60,469 bases of DNA from Candidatus Omnitrophota bacterium (GTDB lineage: Bacteria > Omnitrophota > Gorgyraeia > 2-02-FULL-51-18 > JAGOUK01), in contig JBLINS010000004.1 in the NCBI GenBank assembly GCA_047639455.1, positions 1-60,469 on the forward strand, written 5' to 3'. Positions 56,322-60,469 of the stretch are shown piece after piece (position 1 is the stretch's first letter; each line of letters starts with the position of its first letter). The position numbers were made by a program, and so were the translations under genes. The notes below the pieces were generated by a model, which was not told the DNA's origin, did no database searches, and worked only from the letters and a program-made list of their open reading frames with translations.

Positions 56322-56890
56322 TATAAATTCCTTGGAGTGATTTGAGATCTCAGACGAACCGTTGCGTTAGCTGTAATGGTCGTAAGGTCAATCGTGATAA
56401 TATTACCCGACAAAGACAGGTCAGATGTAGTTGGTGCCGATATAGCACGTATCATTAAAAATCCGCTGCCATAGGTAAAGGTACCGTCAATTCCTCCAAT
56501 TAAAGTCGCTTGGCGCAATTCATAAGAAGTTTGATCAAAAGCTGGAGGAGGCACGTAACTATCGGCCGAGTTATAAAAATAATATATATAGAATGTAGAA
56601 CCATCCTTGGTATACCGTATTTCATCACGACCAGCTACAGACCGAACAACTGTTGCTTGACGCAATTCACTCGTGATTTCAGCCATGCCGCGTTCAAGAG
56701 TAATTTTGAGGCCTGCACGATCATTTTCTGCCGACCAGCTCAGAAGCACTGTTTTAAAGATATTTGTTGTTAAGCTGAGTGTAATGGTCAGTAGCATTAA
56801 AACAATTAGCACTTCAATTAAAGTAAAACCAGCTAGAACGTGGTGATGTTCACCGAGCGTACGACGTGGTAATCGCGATTTATTAAACAT
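56321..56890 (-). CDS. Prepilin-type minor pilin (PilW/GspJ-like)
   Basis: GFTLIEVLIVL; probable start MFNKS at 56890. Confidence 0.8.
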   Translation of the reverse strand: MFNKSRLPRRTLGEHHHVLAGFTLIEVLIVLMLLTITLSLTTNIFKTVLLSWSAENDRAGLKITLERGMAEITSELRQATVVRSVAGRDEIRYTKDGSTFYIYYFYNSADSYVPPPAFDQTSYELRQATLIGGIDGTFTYGSGFLMIRAISAPTTSDLSLSGNIITIDLTTITANATVRLRSQITPRNL

Positions 56891-57314
56891 CGGACACCAA
56901 GGTTGTGAGTTCAACGTCACTTTTGGCAGAAGCATCCCACGCATCCCATTCAACCTTAACCACCACCGTCTTAGGGTCTGAGCCCGTAACTGTTACAGTG
57001 ACATCATAATCTGAGAAAGTTGAGTCGGCAGTGGATCCGCTAGTAATAACACTGGCGAAAGCCGTATCTTTAATAGTCTCTATATTGGTTTGGGCAATTT
57101 CTAAAGCAACACTAATTTGATCTGCATCGGTTGAAGTGAGTATGCCCTTGGAAAAAACTTGAGTCAGTGTGAATATACCCAATCCGAGAACAGTGATTGT
57201 GATTAGGACTTCTATTAAAGAAAATCCTGTGTTGGATGAATTGAATTTCTTATGGAGCAGAATCCACCGTCGCCATATTAGAAATATAAATACAACTAGA
57301 CCCATTAGTCTCAC
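56883..57314 (-). CDS. Prepilin-type minor pilin (PilV/GspI-like)
   Basis: GFSLIEVLITI, A..IAQ..IE.IK; start uncertain. Confidence 0.8.
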   Translation of the reverse strand: MRLMGLVVFIFLIWRRWILLHKKFNSSNTGFSLIEVLITITVLGLGIFTLTQVFSKGILTSTDADQISVALEIAQTNIETIKDTAFASVITSGSTADSTFSDYDVTVTVTGSDPKTVVVKVEWDAWDASAKSDVELTTLVSDV

Positions 57315-57711
57315 TCACATCATCACTCGAAATAGCTGCCGAACCATTAGCGCCCGTACCGATCGAATAAATGACATAGTACTTATTGCCTGTACCACCA
57401 CGCACATAGACGTATTTTGTTCCCGAGGCAGCAAATGGGTCATCAGGAAGTGTAGCCACCACTAATGGTGTGGCGCTAGTTATGGCCGTTATTGCAGCAG
57501 GGTAGGCATAACTATTATGAATATAATAACTTTCAACTGCCGTTTGCAATGTTTTGAGCTCGCCTTTAGACTTAGCAATATTCCCTTCATCTTGCATGCC
57601 TTGAATTCGAGGCAAGCTAACGCCAACTAATATCGTGATAATCATAATCACAATAAGCATTTCGATAAGCGTAAAACCGCTATCTTTAAGTTTTAATAAG
57701 TTTTTTAGCAT
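57250..57711 (-). CDS. Major pilin/pseudopilin (GspG-like)
   Basis: SGFTLIEMLIVI.II.IL, ELKTLQTAVESY, DPF. Confidence 0.85.
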   Translation of the reverse strand: MLKNLLKLKDSGFTLIEMLIVIMIITILVGVSLPRIQGMQDEGNIAKSKGELKTLQTAVESYYIHNSYAYPAAITAITSATPLVVATLPDDPFAASGTKYVYVRGGTGNKYYVIYSIGTGANGSAAISSDDVSETNGSSCIYISNMATVDSAP

Positions 57712-57758
57712 TTTTTATTATTTTACACATCTCTTCTACACAATAGTATACAATAAAA

Positions 57759-58979
57759 TTACTTCCTTAGCAACTTCATCATGTCTAATACGGGCAAAAG
57801 CATCGCAGCCATAATCAAACCCACCAAAGCACCTATAATGAGCAAACATAATGGCTCAATTAAAGTCATTAAGTTTTTTAAAGTCTGAGCAACTTCTTTC
57901 TCATTGAGATTACTGATTTTTTCCAACATATGCTCGACATTGCCAGACTCTTCACCGACCTCTATCATTTGCATGGTCTCTTCAGGGAATTCACGACTTA
58001 TGCGTAGAACGGAGCACATGGTCGCGCCGCCCTCTACAGCCATTTTTACTTTGGCAATAATTTGTCTATAGACGCTATTCGAGAGTACTTTACGTGTCGT
58101 TTCTAAAGCCTGTAGCATTGGTATACCGCTTACCATCAACATTCCCAATGTATGCGTGAATTTAACCACTTCCAGCTTACATTCCAGCTGACCCCATATT
58201 GGCAATTTAAGCTTGAGTTTGTCCCAATATGGTCTGGTTTTTTTATGTTTAATAGCCCCACCAATACCCCCCACCAACGCCAAGGGTACAAACATGATCA
58301 CATACCAATATTGCCTTATACTAATGCCCACCACATTTAAAATATATGTAGGTAATGGCAATGGCACATCTGCTTTGACAAAAATTTGAGCGAATTGCGG
58401 CACAACAAAGGTAATCAAATAAAAGGTTACTAAAAAACCTCCGCCCAATAACATCGCAGGATAAATCAAAGCGCCTCTAACTTTTTGCTGAATATCATAT
58501 TGCCCTTCTAAGTATTCAGCATGCTTTATCAATATATTATCCAAATTACCGCTTAGCTCGCCTGCCCTAACCATACTAATCAATAAGTTAGAAAAAATCT
58601 TTGGATGTGCGTTCATGGCCTCAGATAAACTGGTTCCAGACTGTACTTTACGATCAATATCACCAAATGTTTTTTTCAGGGTTTCATTCTTGCTTTGTTT
58701 AGTAAGCATTTGAATAGATTTTAATATAGGTATGCCTGCATTAATTAAATTAGATAGCTGGTTTATCGCCACCACTAACTCTGGAAGCTTGACTCCGTTG
58801 GACCCAAAGCTTATATTGATGCGACGCCAATCAATATTGGATATACCTTCGGATATTTTTGAAACCATATAATCCATTCCACGCAATTTTTGCATCAATT
58901 CATCACGTGTCTCAGCAACCATATTTCCCGTGATTAACTTACCGTTTTTATCTCGGGCTTTATAGCTAAAATTAGGCAT
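57759..58979 (-). CDS. pilC: PilC/GspF inner-membrane platform protein
   Basis: QLSNLINAGIP, AGELSGNL, ALIYP, GEESG, LIEP. Confidence 0.92.
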   Translation of the reverse strand: MPNFSYKARDKNGKLITGNMVAETRDELMQKLRGMDYMVSKISEGISNIDWRRINISFGSNGVKLPELVVAINQLSNLINAGIPILKSIQMLTKQSKNETLKKTFGDIDRKVQSGTSLSEAMNAHPKIFSNLLISMVRAGELSGNLDNILIKHAEYLEGQYDIQQKVRGALIYPAMLLGGGFLVTFYLITFVVPQFAQIFVKADVPLPLPTYILNVVGISIRQYWYVIMFVPLALVGGIGGAIKHKKTRPYWDKLKLKLPIWGQLECKLEVVKFTHTLGMLMVSGIPMLQALETTRKVLSNSVYRQIIAKVKMAVEGGATMCSVLRISREFPEETMQMIEVGEESGNVEHMLEKISNLNEKEVAQTLKNLMTLIEPLCLLIIGALVGLIMAAMLLPVLDMMKLLRK

Positions 58980-58983
58980 ATAC

Positions 58984-59370
58984 TTAATTTTTAGAAATTA
59001 ATTTCTCAATTGTAGATAGTAGCAGATCTACTTGTACGGGCTTTTTAAGGTATGCGTCAAAACCTACATCTTTGCTGATCTCTTCTGTGTCGGGGCTATT
59101 ACTTGCGCTTAAAAGTATGATTGGAATCATGGCATATTGAGAATTGTTTTTAAGCAACCCACAAACTTTGTATCCATTCATCTTCGGCAACATTAAATCT
59201 AATAAAATGAGGTCAGGACTGGAAGATTGAGCTATGGCATAAGCCTCTTGCCCATCCATTGCTGTAATGATTTCATAATTTTCATTACTTAAAATCAGCG
59301 AATTCATTTCAAGGCAGACCATGTCATCATCTACCACGAGGATTTTTTTTCTAGCTTCTCCATCACTCAT
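58984..59370 (-). CDS. Single-domain response regulator receiver
   Basis: ILVVDDD, DLILLDLMLP, KKP. Confidence 0.88.
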   Translation of the reverse strand: MSDGEARKKILVVDDDMVCLEMNSLILSNENYEIITAMDGQEAYAIAQSSSPDLILLDLMLPKMNGYKVCGLLKNNSQYAMIPIILLSASNSPDTEEISKDVGFDAYLKKPVQVDLLLSTIEKLISKN

Positions 59371-60469
59371 CTTGAGTCACCCGAACCACTTCTTCAATAG
59401 TGGTGAGCCCTTCTTTGATCTTAGCTTTTCCATCGACTTGTAACGTTGTCATACCCAATGTCTTGGCCTGTTTCCTAATCTCGTCAATTGAACTCCTTTT
59501 AGAAACCAAATCACGTATATGGCGATCGGGAATCATGAGCTCATATATACCTACCCTACCTTTATAACCTGTTTGATTACATTTGGCACATCCCTTGCCG
59601 CGATAATAGACACCATCCTTGGGTAAATCCAAATCATCTAAAGCTGTCTTAGTTGGGATGTATTCCTCCTTACAATTCGAACAAATAGTACGTACTAATC
59701 TTTGTGCCAAAACAGCAATAACTGAAGAGGCTACCAAAAAAGGTTCAACATTCATGTCAATCAAGCGCATAATAGAACTCGGCGCATCATTGGTATGTAA
59801 TGTAGAAAAAACTAGATGGCCCGTCATGGCCGCTTGCACAGCTATACCCGCTGTTTCAGAATCTCGAATTTCACCAATGAGTATAACATCCGGATCTTGA
59901 CGTAATATAGACCTAAGACTATTTGCAAACGTCAATTTGACTTTAGTATTAATTTGAATTTGCCTAATACCCGGCAAACGATATTCCACAGGATCCTCAA
60001 CCGTCATAATATTGTTTTGTTTTGTGTCTATTTGCGCCAAACATGTATACAGCGTAGTTGTTTTACCACTACCTGTAGGCCCTGTGACCAAAATTATTCC
60101 ATGGGCTGCCCTTTGAACTTTTTGCATTTGGTTTAGCAATTCTTCCGAAAAGCCCAGTTGTTGTTGGGTTGGTAATGAACTTGTAGAATTCAGTACACGC
60201 ATAACAATATTTTCTCCGTGAATGGTTGGGAGGGTTGCTATGCGTATATCGGCACTCGTTCCATTCCTATCGAACTCGAAACGTCCATCTTGAGGAATGC
60301 GGTGTTCGGCTATATTTAATTCAGCCATGACTTTAATGCGTGATAAAATTGCAGCCTGAAAATTCTTAGGACAAGAAGCCACCTCTACCAAAACACCATC
60401 AACACGATAACGTATATTTAGGGACTCATCCTCGGGTTGGATATGAATATCACTAGCTCCCTCCTTCAT
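59363..60469 (-). CDS. pilB: PilB/GspE secretion ATPase (5' end outside the window)
   Basis: ASDIHI, GPTGSGKTTT, VEDPVEY, LRQDPDVI.IGEIRD, STLHTN, CSNC/CAKC zinc motif. Confidence 0.93.
   Translation of the reverse strand: MKEGASDIHIQPEDESLNIRYRVDGVLVEVASCPKNFQAAILSRIKVMAELNIAEHRIPQDGRFEFDRNGTSADIRIATLPTIHGENIVMRVLNSTSSLPTQQQLGFSEELLNQMQKVQRAAHGIILVTGPTGSGKTTTLYTCLAQIDTKQNNIMTVEDPVEYRLPGIRQIQINTKVKLTFANSLRSILRQDPDVILIGEIRDSETAGIAVQAAMTGHLVFSTLHTNDAPSSIMRLIDMNVEPFLVASSVIAVLAQRLVRTICSNCKEEYIPTKTALDDLDLPKDGVYYRGKGCAKCNQTGYKGRVGIYELMIPDRHIRDLVSKRSSIDEIRKQAKTLGMTTLQVDGKAKIKEGLTTIEEVVRVTQDE

Noticed and set aside
1-60469. Numerous plus-strand ORFs overlapping long minus-strand genes; tRNA/rRNA; integrase
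   Set aside because: The plus-strand ORFs are antisense shadows (only aquaporin is credible on plus). No tRNA cloverleaf, rRNA or integrase was recognised, so island status rests only on the flanking repeats.

Overview
This window comes from a probable magnetotactic bacterium. Nearly all genes lie on the minus strand. Its core is a nearly gapless ~22.7-kb magnetosome gene cluster (MGC, 9813-32470) with recognisable mamK, mamB, mamM, mamA, mamQ, mamO-Cter, mamP, mamE and mamI. mamI is a 58-aa ORF missed by the ORF track. The cluster also has mamL-, mamN- and mad2-like genes and a second, degenerate MamB/MamM-like pair. Several architectures are unusual: three tandem membrane-anchored NifX/NifB-like paralogs with Met/Gln/Asn-rich tracts and Cys4 ribbons (one also has four magnetochrome-like haem motifs with extra Cys), a PDZ-MamN fusion, and an excisionase-like HTH gene at the operon head preceded by 10-bp direct repeats. 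To the left lie an iron-uptake module (fur, feoB, Cys-rich small protein, DtxR-FeoA regulator, porin, FMN-binding protein, apbE) and a CBS-domain hybrid kinase. To the right lie aquaporin, two more hybrid kinases with stand-alone sensor partners, a porin, DedA, a ~1.4-kb nested inverted-repeat structure, system II cytochrome c maturation, an Nfu/NifU protein, a RAYT-type HUH transposase with perfect 20-bp terminal inverted repeats, a TPR glycosyltransferase-like gene and a type IV pilus/T2SS-like cluster. The gene set resembles deep-branching (non-Proteobacteria) magnetotactic lineages such as Omnitrophota or Nitrospirota; that placement is inference only. All assignments come from motif recognition by eye, and no database searches were run.
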